64,000 bases of DNA. Source: Epiperipatus broadwayi (taxonomy: Eukaryota; Animalia; Onychophora). Below the pieces are notes generated by a model. It had not been told where the DNA came from and did no database searches. It saw nothing but the letters and a program-made list of their open reading frames with translations. Position numbers and translations under genes: made by a program. The stretch is from assembly GCA_028023455.1 (NCBI GenBank), contig JAQFVV010000009.1:8184001-8248000 (forward strand), read 5' to 3'. This document shows positions 1 to 11,975 of this stretch, one piece after another. Numbering within the stretch: position 1 is the first letter of the stretch; every line of letters starts with the position of its first letter.

Positions 1-319
1 TTATAAAAAAATAACTTTTTTTCCAGAAATGATAGATATGTTATCTTAATTTCCATAAAATTATTTCCTATCTTTTATTTAAATCAATGCCCAATAAATA
101 AAAATCTATCAGCTATCTCCTTTTCAATTACCAAATGAATTTGGCAAAAATTATTTCTAGTGAATGTTTCTATTCTTTCTCTCTCTCTCTTTTCAATGAA
201 AATTATTTTTAAAAATGTTGTTCATTTATTAATACATTGAGCATTGTTTGCATATTCTCAAAATTCTTTCTTTTAATTTCAATTTAAAGTAAATTCAACC
301 TAAATATTAAAAGTTTATT

Positions 320-870
320 AACTACAAGAAACCAATAAAGATTAGACAATATTTATTTACAAATATATGCACATTATTATTATACATCCATAGCTAACTG
401 GTTTAACTCAATACCGGTTCTAGTATTGCTTAATTTACAATATAGTCAGTTGAGTCCTTGATTTTAAGTTCTAAACTCTCAATGCTAATATAACCACAGA
501 ATAAGATGCACTTCCACTCTACTAGTGGTGGACCTAAGTGAATAACTAAAAGTTTATACTCACAGTTCCTTTGTGCACAATCCTATTTGGGTTTTATCAG
601 GCGTATGCAAATAATATGACTGGTGTGGTTTAAGTTTTCCTATCCGACAGTCTTTCACGTACAGAGGCATGGACTCTGGAACACATCCCTTGATGCAGAA
701 AAGATGGTACATTTTTTCCTCAGATTTTTTCTCTAGGTTAATTCCTGAAACGGAACCACAACAGCATTACAATGAGTGAAGAGAAGCTCACAAAGACTTG
801 CTTTTTTCAGCATACAATATTTATACTTTTTTTTCCTTCAGCTTAATATCCATTAATATAATTATTAACA
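320..870 (-). repeat. 3' LTR remnant of Gypsy element 1
   Basis: Colinear with 5205-5735 (roughly 75-80% identity by eye); begins TGTTAAT on the minus strand. Confidence 0.8.
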
Positions 871-1534
871 TTCTAATAGGGTGTGGCAAAATCCATTAGA
901 TGAATTACAATAGGTAACAATACATTAGACTAATTATTTCAATAGGGTAGCAGCAATCGATTAGACTAATGCATTTTTACAACGACTATTATCTAGCATT
1001 TAAATTTGCATCCATTCACATTCTTTTCCCTTGTAATTAATGCTTTAGATTGTTATTCCTTTGTTTGCTTCGTTAAAATAGCTTAATGTTTAAATTTAAA
1101 CAGTGACAATTTTTTTCTGTATTTAAAAAAAAACGCATTAAGTGTATCCAGCATTATAATTCACAACTCAGTTTATCTTTCAACAATCTTTTGTGCATTT
1201 CTTTTAACCTGCAATCTTTATCTCTTTTTAAATTTAATTTATCTACATGCAATCTTTCTTCATTGCTTTTAAATTTAAACTAATTTATCTAAAATAAAGT
1301 TTCTTTTATTTTTCAGTAATCTTTTTTTCATCACTTTTAGAACTTAAATATCCTTTTACATCTAAGTTTTCTTTTAACTATTAGCAATCTATTTTATTGC
1401 ATATAAAACTTACTATATTTATTACTAAGTTTCCATTACTATTTTTCTCTGGAGTACAAACTAGCCCTAGCTTTATAGCTTATATCATATGATTACTAAA
1501 ACAATATATATATATATTTTTACAAAATGTAACA

Positions 1535-1547
1535 CCTCCCCCCACTT
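1535..1547 (-). promoter_or_regulatory. Polypurine tract (PPT) candidate
   Basis: Minus strand AAGTGGGGGGAGG immediately followed by TGTTACA, just after the end of the integrase frame. Confidence 0.6.
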
Positions 1548-1613
1548 ACTTTACTAATAGTAGTCTCGAAATGGTCTTTTCTGTCCTCTAACGAAGTTTT
1601 TTCAGGTGTCTTT

Positions 1614-4230
1614 TTATGCCATAATTTCCCCCCTTATAACTACTATATGATTTGACAGCATCTTTTCTACTGCCCTTTTGAGCCAAGTTTTACTTAGCAC
1701 ATCGTGAAACCATACCATACCTGCTGCTCCAATTGAGAACTTTGCGCTATGATAATTGCCTTGGCTTGCTAGTCTCCTATCAAGTAGTAGTTCCACAGGT
1801 GACATGCTGGTTACAATGCAAGGTGTTGAATGTTGTACAAGCATTACTTCCAGTAGCATATTTTGTAATTGTACATAATTACTTTTCTTTAAACTTTTTT
1901 TCATTTGTTGCACTGCTTTTTTTGCCATGCCATTTGGTTGGGGTGGGGTGGGGGGTACTAATGTGTAGAATTTCATTTTCTTTCAAATATTTTTTACAAT
2001 ATAACTCATGACATCAGCCGCATTATCCGATACTATGGTTTCCAGTAATCCGTGTATTGAGAAAACTTTGTCCAAACACTATTGTTTCCTCTGTACTTGT
2101 ATTTTTTACTTTGTAGCATTCTATCCACTTTGAAAACACATCTATTATTATTAGAATCATTTTTCCTGTAATCGGCCCTGCATGGTCAGTGTGCAATCTC
2201 TCCCACGGTCTGGTTATTTTAGGCCACGTAGTATAAGTTTTTGCCAGAAGTACCATCTCTGCCTCGCAAGTATTACCCATCTTTATATATTTTTCAATGT
2301 CTGCATTTATTTTTGGCCACCAGACATAACTACACACCAACACTTTTACTCTAATACACGGTTATGGCCTGCAGGTGGTATTACTATATTATTCCCCATT
2401 ATTAGATATTTCCTACAAACTGACCTTTTTCTGTTTATCCAAAACCCTTGATTTAAATAACTTGGTTTTGTTTTAAGCCATCTTTCTGTTATCCATTTGC
2501 TTAGTATCTGGTATCCATGATTTTCTTTTGTCTTTCCCTACTGTTTTACTGCTTAACATGCTTGATTTTATGCTGTCAATATAATTCACCTCTGTTTCTG
2601 AAATTAGGTTCCAGTCTATCTGGGCATCTAGATAGAGCATCCACATGTGTGATATCTTTCATTTTTTGTAATATTCATATGCGGCCAAAATATTCTGCCA
2701 GCATAACAACCTCGGACTTGTGTATTTGATCACTACTTTGTCATGAGCAAAAATACCTAATAATGGCTTATGCTCCTTTTGCCTCATATACAATGATGAA
2801 ATTTTTTAATTGCAAATATGATGGCTACAACTTCTTTATCAATTTGGCTGAAATTTTTTTCTGCGTTTGAGAGAGTGCGTGACACCTATGCCACTGGCAG
2901 TTCTTTTTGCTAGAATGCCCTAATATTGCCCCTACTCCATATTCGGACACATCGGTTGCTATTTGCATTTTTTCTTGCTATCATATTGCACCAATAATCT
3001 GTCTGACATTATCAGGGCCTTTGTTTTTCCAAAAGCTACTTCTTGTGTCTGTGTCCAGAGCCATTTGTGATCTTTTTCTAAGCAAATCGTAGAATGGTTT
3101 AGCTGCCATTGCCTTGTTATTTAGAAACAATTCATAAAAGTTTACTAAACCTAAAAACCCTTGCAATTTGTTTTACATTTTGTGGTTTAGTTGCGTTTTT
3201 TACTGCTATTACTTTATCCAGCATGGTTATTTCCCTCTATTCGAAATGATGTAGCCTAAAAAAACTAATTCTTGAGTTTGACACACACATTTTTCCTCAT
3301 TCAACTTGACCTTTCTTAGTCTTTCACAAACTCTTAATACCCTGTCTCTTAAATCTTTTACTGTTGCTGCCATGATGAGAATGTTGTCAAAATACGGTAT
3401 GATTCCTGTTAATCCATTTAGAATGTGATCCATTTTTGCTTGAAAAATGTTGGGAGCCATGGAAATTCCAAGTGGAAGTCTATTACAGCAGAACAGCCTG
3501 AACGACATTGTTAGAGTTAAGATTTGGGCTGTTTTTTCAGTTACCTCGGTCTGACGAAATGCTGAATTCAGATATAATTTTGCGAAAAACTTTGCCTCTG
3601 TTAACCCAGCTAGTACTTCTCTTACGCTGGGTACTGGATATGCACCTTTACTTAAATACTTGTTCATCATGATTCTATAATCCCCACAAATTCTAATTTG
3701 CAAGTATAGTTTAGTGATTATTAATGATGTCGCCCAATCCGCTGACTCAATCTCCGTTAATACGCCCTCACTAACCAACAATCTGATTTTTTCACCTACT
3801 TTTTCTTTTTGTGCCAACAATATCTTCCTGGCTTTACGGATAATAGGGTTTGGTTTTTCCACTAACTCAATGAAGACAGGGTTACCTTCTATTAGACCTA
3901 ATTTATTTTCAAATAGTTCTAGAATCTCTACTTTATTTCAAATCTGCTTGGCACATTATTCACACCATTCACATTGACGGTTCTAATTTTTAAAATCAGT
4001 CCCGCCTATTAAGTCTGATTTTATCCTTCACTATGTATAAAGATAATTTTTCACTCTTGCTTCTTGCTTTATAGACATTATGGTATAGCCTAGCATTCCC
4101 AATTCATTTCCACTGACATCTACAGCTCTTATAGTTGACTGTCTAATTGGTATGTCTTTGCGTTTTCCTTTAATCTGTTACCATAGCTTTTCTGAGATCA
4201 GTGATATGCCAGACTCATTATCAATTTCCA
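1614..4230 (-). pseudogene. pol: Gypsy pol (PR-RT-RNaseH-integrase), frameshifted
   Basis: ORF pieces 3227-3862, 2981-3166, 2023-2343 and 1614-1976 carry RT and integrase motifs (e.g. PQPNGMAKKAVQQMK, QHSTPCIVTSMSPVELL). Confidence 0.9.
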
Positions 4231-4329
4231 TTTCCATCTTTTTATTACAAATTTCTAACTGTGCATATATTTATTTTCCAACCTTACTCCCGTATTATTA
4301 ATGCATTAGATTTTATATTACGCTACCAC

Positions 4330-5010
4330 TGTTGGCTTGCTTTTGCACTACACACTTTTTTTAAATCCCCTTTAAGTTACACTTGTGGCCCCTTTCATCT
4401 AGAAATTTACCTTGGCTTTTTGACCACAGCAAAAACACATAATAGTTTTTCTTGGGCTATTGCCCCCCCCCCCCAATTCTTTGTGATCATTTTTTCCAAT
4501 TGCAATTTTCTTTTCAATTTTATTTTTAAAACAAGCTGCTTGTACTATTATTAGGTCATGAGATAGCTGATTCGAAGTTTAAATCTGTATCAGAGAACAG
4601 ATTTTTTCACAGACTATCATCAAACAGACCCCATAACAACTGATCGAACAATATCTCATCAACATAATTTCCGTATAAGCAATTTTTGTTAATTGTCCCA
4701 ATGCCAAACCATACTCTTTTACAGATTCTCCCTTGCATTGTCTTCTATTCCTTAGAGACAACTCAGCTACATGTTTAGACTGACAGAAGCTAAAATGGTC
4801 ACTTAATTTTTTTACTATATCCCCATATGCTGCTGAATCATTTATAAATAAGTCAAAATACTTATTTATTATATCAATTACCCTTCTGCTTGATAGACAC
4901 ATCAACACTGCTATCTTTCTCTTCTTGTCCTAACTCCCATTGAGCAAGAAAAATTTTTCAAGGTGATTAGCATAAAGAGGCCATTTTCCAGCATCACCGA
5001 CATAAAATTC
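4330..5010 (-). pseudogene. gag: Gypsy gag remnant
   Basis: EFYVGDAGKWPLYANHLEKF N-terminus (~4990), the RNRRQ-GESV-EY motif, and Cys-rich knuckle remnants near 4330-4440. Confidence 0.75.
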
Positions 5011-5133
5011 AGCTATTACAGACTGTCCTAACGAGACGTTTTATTTTTATTAATTATTCCCCTAAACATTAACCCTACTTTGACTAAAGTCTGTTATATG
5101 AAATCCCAACTTCAGACTAGGGTTCAAATACGA

Positions 5134-5148
5134 CTGTTGACTGTGCCA
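5134..5148 (-). promoter_or_regulatory. Primer binding site, tRNA-Ser-like
   Basis: Minus strand TGGCACAGTCAACAG resembles the complement of a tRNA-Ser 3' end (TGGCGCAGTCGG..AG) with G>A changes; it lies between the 5' LTR and gag. Confidence 0.6.
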
Positions 5149-5204
5149 GATTTATTGTATATTCAACTATGAAGCGTGAATGCCAACAATTATTACAAAC
5201 TTAC

Positions 5205-5735
5205 TAATTACAAGAAACCAATTGTTAATAAAGATTAGACAATATTTACAAATATATACATATAGTTGACCGGGTTAACTCGGTACCAGTTCCAACTTTG
5301 CTTAATTTACAACATAGTCAGTTGAGTCCATGATTTTAAGTTCTAAACTCTCACACAGACTAAGCTGTACTTCCACTCTAGTGGTGGACCTAAGTGAATA
5401 ACCAAAGTTTATACTCACAGTTCCTTTACGCACAATCCTATTTGGGCCTTATTATGTGTACATAAATAATATAAGACTGGTGCAGTCTGTTAAGTTTTCA
5501 TATCCATCTGTCTTTAACCTACAGAGGTACGGACTTTGGGAACACATTGCTCGATACAAAAAAGTTGGTAAACTTTTCCCTCAGTTTTTTTCTGTAAGTT
5601 AATTCCTGGAAACAGCAACCACAACAGCATTATAACGAGTGAAGAAAAGCTGACACAAAGATACTTGCTCTTTTCAGTACACACTATTTATACTTTTTTC
5701 CTCCAGCTTAATATTCATTAATATAATTATTAACA
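5205..5735 (-). repeat. 5' LTR remnant of Gypsy element 1
   Basis: Direct repeat of 320-870, adjacent to the PBS. Confidence 0.8.
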
Positions 5736-6179
5736 TTCCAATATTAAAAGTACAAGTTAATGAAAACTATCTAAAGTTTTGACCTCTGAATTTGACAATA
5801 CTATAATATTATTTAGGACTTTAAAATATTTGTCAAATTTAATAATTATAATATTTAGAGCTAAAAAAGACGCAATTCATTCATTAAACCAAAACAAATA
5901 CTATAAAACTAAAAACCATTAATTATATCATCGTCATTAAATTTATCCTTATATAAAGTTTGCAATTTAATTAAAATACATTCCCAATTATTACCAACTC
6001 CACTATGACCTCTAATAAACCATAATACAACTTCTCAATTTACTTTTAACATATGCTTTCAAAGTTGTTATTTTCAACCTGCTCCAGAGACATGATACTA
6101 CTATTACAGAATACGTATAATAGTAGCACTGTCCACTCAAGCTTATAGTAGATGGTTATTAAATAGAATAAAAATAATT

Positions 6180-6440
6180 GTTATTAAAAGCATACAAAGA
6201 TTTCTCTAAATTTATTTCCAGCAAATCATAGTTTCTCTTTCTTATCTCATTCATCAATTTCACATGAACAATTTGGGATTTCAGTTTATCTTCTATTGTC
6301 ATCTCTTCTAGTAGAATGCACTCTCCACATTTTATTTCAGCTTATTCATTTTCTCATTGCTATTCTCTCACTGATGTACTTTGCTTTCAATCATTTCTTG
6401 TTAATTTGTATCTTTCATCTGTTCACAGTCTAAATCTCTG
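6180..6440 (-). mobile_element. Very degraded RTE-like LINE 3' fragment
   Basis: Minus translation resembles the KLKW.WAGH..RR.DNR C-terminus of RTE proteins; many stops. Confidence 0.35.
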
Positions 6441-6775
6441 GGATATTTATATTGTTTTACAATTTTCCTTGTTATTTTAAAATTATATTTTCTTATACAA
6501 TCATCCCCCCCCCCATCATTTTATAAAATTTCACACACATTCAATGTTTCTACATAGATTATTTTAAATGTTTGGATATTCACCCCAATAACCCCACATA
6601 CTTAGCATACAGTGCCTTCTCTCAATAATTTTTTTTTCATTTTTCTGAGATACTTTCAAAATCTCTTACGATTTAAAAATGATTTACAAATTCTACCCCT
6701 CTACCCCATGTTTGCAAAGGTTTAAGGACATTATATGCAACTACCACTTCTTTATACTAATCAAAAACCCTGGTT

Positions 6776-7150
6776 AAATAAAATATATCTTTTTTAAAAA
6801 AAAAAATAGTAAGATCCTATTAGTAATTTAATAATGAGCTCATAAAATCACCTTCTTTCTATATTCCTGATATCAATAAGTTTTTATTATGTACCTTATT
6901 ATAATAACCTATGAAAATGATTAATAAGATAATATGAACCAAAAGCATTAAAACTCTTATTGAATGAAACATATCTTTTTTTAAAAAAATATTAAGAAAT
7001 GGTAATTCTATTAATAATTTAATAAAAAATTTGTAAACATTCCCTTCTTTCTATATTTCTAATATCTATAAACTTTTATCACATACTTTTGTATTATATC
7101 CTATGAGAAATAACTATATTAATAACAAAATAATATCAAAAGGTATTAAA
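6776..7150 (+). repeat. Diverged tandem duplication, ~185-bp unit x2
   Basis: 6776-6953 and 6961-7150 are colinear (atatcttttttaaaaaaa ... ccttctttctatatt ... cctatga ... caaaag.attaaa). Confidence 0.65.
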
Positions 7151-7259
7151 CAATTGAAATTAAATTAACCAGTGTTATATTATCTAATAAAATTATTTGT
7201 ACACTTGAATATCTCTAATAAACCTGAATGATTTATTTTAGAACTTGAATCTAATAGTA

Positions 7260-8920
7260 ATTATACCGTGCTTCAACCGCTCATTGGTGAAGTTAGAAAT
7301 ATCAAAATTAAACATCAGGCTTAGCGCTTTAGAGGTCTTTTAACCTCAAATTTATAGCTGAAGAGTTAGAAACATTATGGCGTTGTTGACATATGTTAAT
7401 ATATGCAAATTAATCTTCATATGTAAAACAATTTTTAATATATACAGATCGATCAGGCCTCCTTTATTTTTCTTTTGCAGTCATTTCTCTCGGTATATAA
7501 GATCTCAGGATTGGAGGGTTCGAACATGTGACGCTTATTGAAGTGTTGTCATCATTATTTTGAGCTCTCTTGTATGCATACATATGCTGGATAGCTCTAT
7601 TATTAATAGTGGCTTTCGTTTCTCCATAATATACGGTGCTGGAGCCTGCCTGCGGGTACGAAATCTTGTACATTACTTGAGGTGTCAAGCTAGGATCAAT
7701 TTTGTCCTTGGAGTTATTGATTACTCTAGTTGTGTTAGGGAGTGTGTGGAAACCAATCCCAAATTCTTTTGACAGAGTTTTTACAAGTTGTTTAGTCACT
7801 TTAGGGATTTACGAAAGTGTTCGTTGTGATCTGTTTTCTGTTACGTAGTTAGCAGATACTCTTTTATGAAATTGTTCAATCTTTTTGATTATTGTTCTAC
7901 ATTTGAAACCCACATTCAATAGGTCTTTGAGGTAACTTGAAATGTTGTCCTTCTTATCTGCTTCAAATTTACACACGTGTTGATTTCTATATAAAAATGC
8001 ATTAAAACCTGCAAACTTGTGCGAGTTAGGTGAGATAGAGTTTGGGTGTGTCTAGCCCCTGACTTCACCAAGTGGTTTGACAATCATTTGATAATTAAAT
8101 CGGACAGCTTCTCTTTGCATTAGCAGATCCAGATATTTCAATTCTTGGACTCCATTCTCCCATGTAGTATTAAGTGTTAATGTTGTCATTAGCTGCAAGT
8201 CATTTTGAATGGTCGTGACTGTGCATCTCTGGGCTGCAACAAACATGTCGTCTACGTATCAAGTGTATATAAATCCAGGGATCTTAGCATGGTATTTAGG
8301 CACAATTTGTTTTTCGAAGTAGTTCAAGAAAATACTTGAAATTATTCCGCTTAATGGGAGACCCATAGGCCAACAATTTTTCATGCCACACCATTTCACA
8401 TGTTCAGCCAGGCAATTCTTTGCCAACTATATCTATTGAACACTTCCTGCCTACAGATCCATATAGTTTTTTTACATCCAATGCTGCGATTTCAAAGTCA
8501 AGGTCAACTGCAATTCTACTAATTTTCCCAACTAGCTTGAAAGATGACTTGATCGTGTATTCACCGAAGCCTGCAGAATCTACTAACCATTGGTTTACTA
8601 GCTTTGCTGTCTCGAAGTAATGTACGCCTTCAAAATCCAGCTTTAGACATACCTTTATCTTTATGGACTCTGAGTATTGATGTAATAAATTCCTCTCTAT
8701 CGAGTCTATTGTTAAAACTTTCAATGAATTCAAATTTTAAATTTCTAATTTAAGCTGTCATTTTATCCGTATACTCTTTAGAATCCACGAACACGAATCT
8801 GTTCCCTTTGCCTTCCGTAATACATATAATCTTGTTGATTTCCAAAAACTGCTTTGTTAATGCTAGTACTCCAGCAATCGAAATCTGCATTCATCTGTTT
8901 GTGTCTAATTGTCTTTGTTA
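7260..8920 (-). mobile_element. Penelope-like element (RT + C-terminal GIY-YIG), pseudogenised
   Basis: ITEGKGNRFVFVDSKEYTDKM (ADKG region, ~8780-8860), AALDVKKLYGSV (RT motif A), PMGLPLSGIISSIFLNYFEK (motif B), YVDD (~8250), VMYKISY...YYGETKATINNRAIQH (GIY-YIG, 7464-7799). Confidence 0.88.
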
Positions 8921-9390
8921 TATAAGAGATAATGCTTGTACACTTTTTTTTTTTTTTGCAAAGCAACTTAATTTCTCAATATTTTTAAGTTCTATGGTCA
9001 ATTTCATTTTGTATTCATGTCAGGCAATTACACTCAACAACAGTTTTGATATTTTTATTGAAGATTACATAGCAATTACTAAAAATAAAGCCTTTTTTTT
9101 TTTTTAGAATGAAAACATTTAATGGGGCAAAAAATTATAAACTTATTACTATAAATTATTTATGAGAAACAATATTTTTTCTTTACAGTGACGGACAAGA
9201 TTTCACACACCATGTCAGACTACCATCCCCAAGTCTTTTTATCCGATTCTATTCTTCAAATACACTTATCTGCTTTTCTATCTTTAGGCAGAGAACTTAA
9301 TATAAACACGTATATAGTTATCCTCCAATACCTCTTTTTCAAAATCATCTAATAAACTTCTCTCTTAACATATCATACGACTTTTAATTG

Positions 9391-11250
9391 TCATCATCAT
9401 CATTATCAATGCACTGCAGGATGAAGGTCTATCTAAGTTCAATCCATCTTCTATGATCTTTAGTTTCTCTTTTTCATATCGCCTTTGCACACTTTCTTAT
9501 TTCATTCATCCACCTCACATGTAGTCTCTCTTTCTGGGTCTTTTACAATCTCTTGAAATCCAATTTAATATTCCGATTGTCCATCTATTATCATCCATTC
9601 TAGAAATATGTCCAGCCCAACTCCAGTCTTTTAATTTGTTCAATGAGGTCAGTAACACCTGTTTGTTCTCTTACCCAAATATTGCATTTTCAATATCTTC
9701 TTGTTACTCCCAACATGCATATTTCCATACTTCTTTGAATGGTCTGAAGTCTCTCTATTGCTCTTCTATTAACTGTCCAAATCTCAGATCCATAAGTAAG
9801 AACTGGTAAAACACATTTATTAAAAACCTTCCTTTTTAAACACATAGGCATATTTCCTTTCAGCATCATGTTATTTCTACCAAAAGCACTCCAACTAAGT
9901 TTGATTCTATGATTAATTTCATCCATTATGTTTCCAGGTGTATTAATAATATGACCAAGGTATTTGTAGCTGTTAACTTCTTCTAACTCATCATAATCAA
10001 TCTTTATTTTTATAGCATTTATCTTTAGTCCTACTTTCATCTGATAACTCCTGCAGCTCTAAAGCATTATTTTCAAAAATAACTACATCATCTGCAAAAT
10101 CTAAATGACTTTAATCTCCATTTATTTTCATTCCTTTAGCTTCTCATTTTCATCCACAAAATATTTTTTGCAGCACTCCTGTAAAAAAGTTTTGAAGATA
10201 TGGAGTCACCCTGTCTTACACCCTTCTCAATGATGACTTTCCTAGTAATCATTATGTAATCTAATTGTTGCTGTTGCATTTTTATAAATATTCTTTAAAA
10301 TATGACAATATCCTGGATCTATACCTTGATGATCCATTGCTTTAATCACTGAAGAAATGTTTATAGAATCAAATGCCTTTTCATAATCTACACATCCAAA
10401 GCGTAATGGCAACTCATATTCATTTGTTCTTTCTATAACTTCTCTCAATACCTGGATATAATCTACTGTACAAAAACCACTTTTAAATCCAGCTTGTTTT
10501 CTTGGTTGGTGGAAATCCAATGCTCTGTAGACGAGTTGTAATTATCTTGGTAAAAATTTTGTATAAAACTGATAAAAGGCTGATAGGTCTGTAATTTCTA
10601 ATATCTTCTTTATCACCTTTTTTAAATATTAATATTAATACTGCTTTCTTCCAATCATCTGGTACATCTTTATCATTTAGACATTTGATATATAACTTTG
10701 CTAAAAAAAATTCTATTTCTTCACCTGCTTCTTTTAATATATCAATTATAATTCCATCATTACTTGGAGCCTTTCCTTTCTTCATAAATTTAATTGTATG
10801 TCTTACTTCTTCATTTAAAATTCTGGAAAATTCGGAAGATATAATAGATATAGGAAGTACTTGTTCTTTATTACTATATAATTCATGATAGAAGTCTTCT
10901 GCCCATTTCATAATGTCATCTCTCTTTTTAGTAATAATTCCATTTTTTATTCTTATTGCAGATATAAATTTCCTACCAATATCAAAATGTTGTTTTACAC
11001 TCTTGAGACTTTTATTGTCTTCTGCGGCTTTCCTTGCTAGTTCACAGTTATACTTTCTTATATCATTTTCAACTCTTTTCCATACCATATTACAAAATGA
11101 GGTATTCAATCCTTTTTAACGCATTTTGTATATTTTCATATTCCTTCTTTTCTTCATAAATTCTCTAGTCTCAGTAGAAATTTTCTTTTTCCTTTATAAT
11201 GACTTTTGTTAATGTTGTTTTTTATGGTTATGAGCAACTAGCAGTATTCT
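9391..11250 (-). mobile_element. 5'-truncated RTE-clade LINE
   Basis: RT ORF pieces 10483-11109 (KAPSNDGI, NYRPISLL), 10242-10520 (QAGFKSG, DYEKAFDSI) and 9690-10040 (YKYLG, VLTYGSEIW); 3' end CCTTCATCCTGCAGTG followed by a (TGA)n tail ending at ~9391. Confidence 0.93.
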
Positions 11251-11489
11251 TCTGAACATTAATTTATATATGTATGATTTATTTTACATATATTTTACAT
11301 ATACTCATAAACATACCACAAACACATATATTTCTTTTTTTTTACATATATATATATAAAAATTATATAATTTTAGTTCTCCTTATCTATCAATATAATT
11401 ATCTGTATACACACATATATAAATGCACTCCTATTTGTATTTTATACTTGCATATATAACAAACATTCATCTATACACTCACAGATATA

Positions 11490-11700
11490 TTTGCAAGATA
11501 AAAAAATGGTAAGTATTTATCTGACCAATAAACTGATATTAATTTAAGAGAATGGACATTGTTTACAGCTTTGTTAAAATGATTTAGGAATCTGACTTGT
11601 CAATTATAATAACATATTAAGATTTAGGACTGGTCTATAAATAAATTTATAAAATCTAAACATTACACATTTAATAAAGTGATTTATTTATAAACATCAC
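11490..11700 (-). mobile_element. PLE fragment, same family as 17480-17660
   Basis: 11515-11620 is a diverged direct repeat of 17537-17640, which translates to a PLE linker-like sequence (F..LVNRIHSL). Confidence 0.5.
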
Positions 11701-11809
11701 ATAACCACCACCTCTTATGCTTGTGTATAACTGTTGTTAAAACAGGCAAAACTTACTATATATATATATATATATTGCCACACACAACTGTTAGTAAGAG
11801 CACATCAAA

Positions 11810-11876
11810 CAGGTTAGTATATGCACAACATTTCGAGAGGTATTATTCTCACCTCTTCTTCAGGTGTTGCTGACCC
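11810..11876 (-). ncRNA. Minimal type I hammerhead ribozyme motif
   Basis: Minus strand GGTCAGCAACAC-CTGAAGA-AGAGGT(gagaataat)ACCTCT-C-GAAA-TGTT-GTG...CTAACCTG: core boxes, 6-bp helix II, near-palindromic helix III (GAAACGTT with CpG decay) and an imperfect helix I. Confidence 0.7.
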
Positions 11877-11897
11877 GACAAGTGATAGTACTATCAT

Positions 11898-11975
11898 GGG
11901 ATTCGAGCCTGGATCCTTAGATTTTTGAGTTTTGAATTTTTAAGGTAACACCCTAACGATCTGAGCAATCCTGCC
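11898..11975 (-). ncRNA. tRNA-Lys(TTT)-derived head with A/B boxes
   Basis: GGCAGGATTGCTCAGATCGTTAGGG...TCTAAGGATCCAGGCTCGAATCCC compared with tRNA-Lys GCCCGGATAGCTCAGTCGGTAGAGC...TCTGAGGGTCCAGGGTTCAAGTCCC; the anticodon region is expanded, so it is not a functional tRNA. Confidence 0.7.

Larger units (their letters stand above)
320..5742 (-). mobile_element. Degenerate Ty3/Gypsy LTR retrotransposon (Mag/K02A2.6-like)
   Basis: Minus-strand remnants in gag-PR-RT-RH-INT order: gag (RNRRQCKGESVKEY, 4579-4908), protease-like MEIDNESGISLISE (~4200), RT (IRICGDYR, LPLGISMAPNIFQ, YFDNILI; 3227-3862), RNase H (~2700-2950), integrase (WWPKINADIE, RLHTDHAGP; 2023-2343). Flanked by ~550-bp diverged direct repeats. 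Confidence 0.93.

Noticed and set aside
877-1469. hAT element with TAGGG...CCCTA ends
   Set aside because: TIR match is only 5-8 bp and no 8-bp TSD was found.
7315-7375. Hammerhead at the 3' end of the first PLE (GAGG..CCTC-TAAA-GCGC-TA)
   Set aside because: The position and helix II fit, but the CUGANGA box is absent and GAAA is altered; too degenerate to call.
8778-8966. Host exon from the ORF track (MLCKKK...VRGF)
   Set aside because: Another frame gives the PLE ADKG-region motif, so this is part of the retroelement.
11274-11459. ORF in a (TA/CA)-rich tract
   Set aside because: Low-complexity microsatellite-like sequence.
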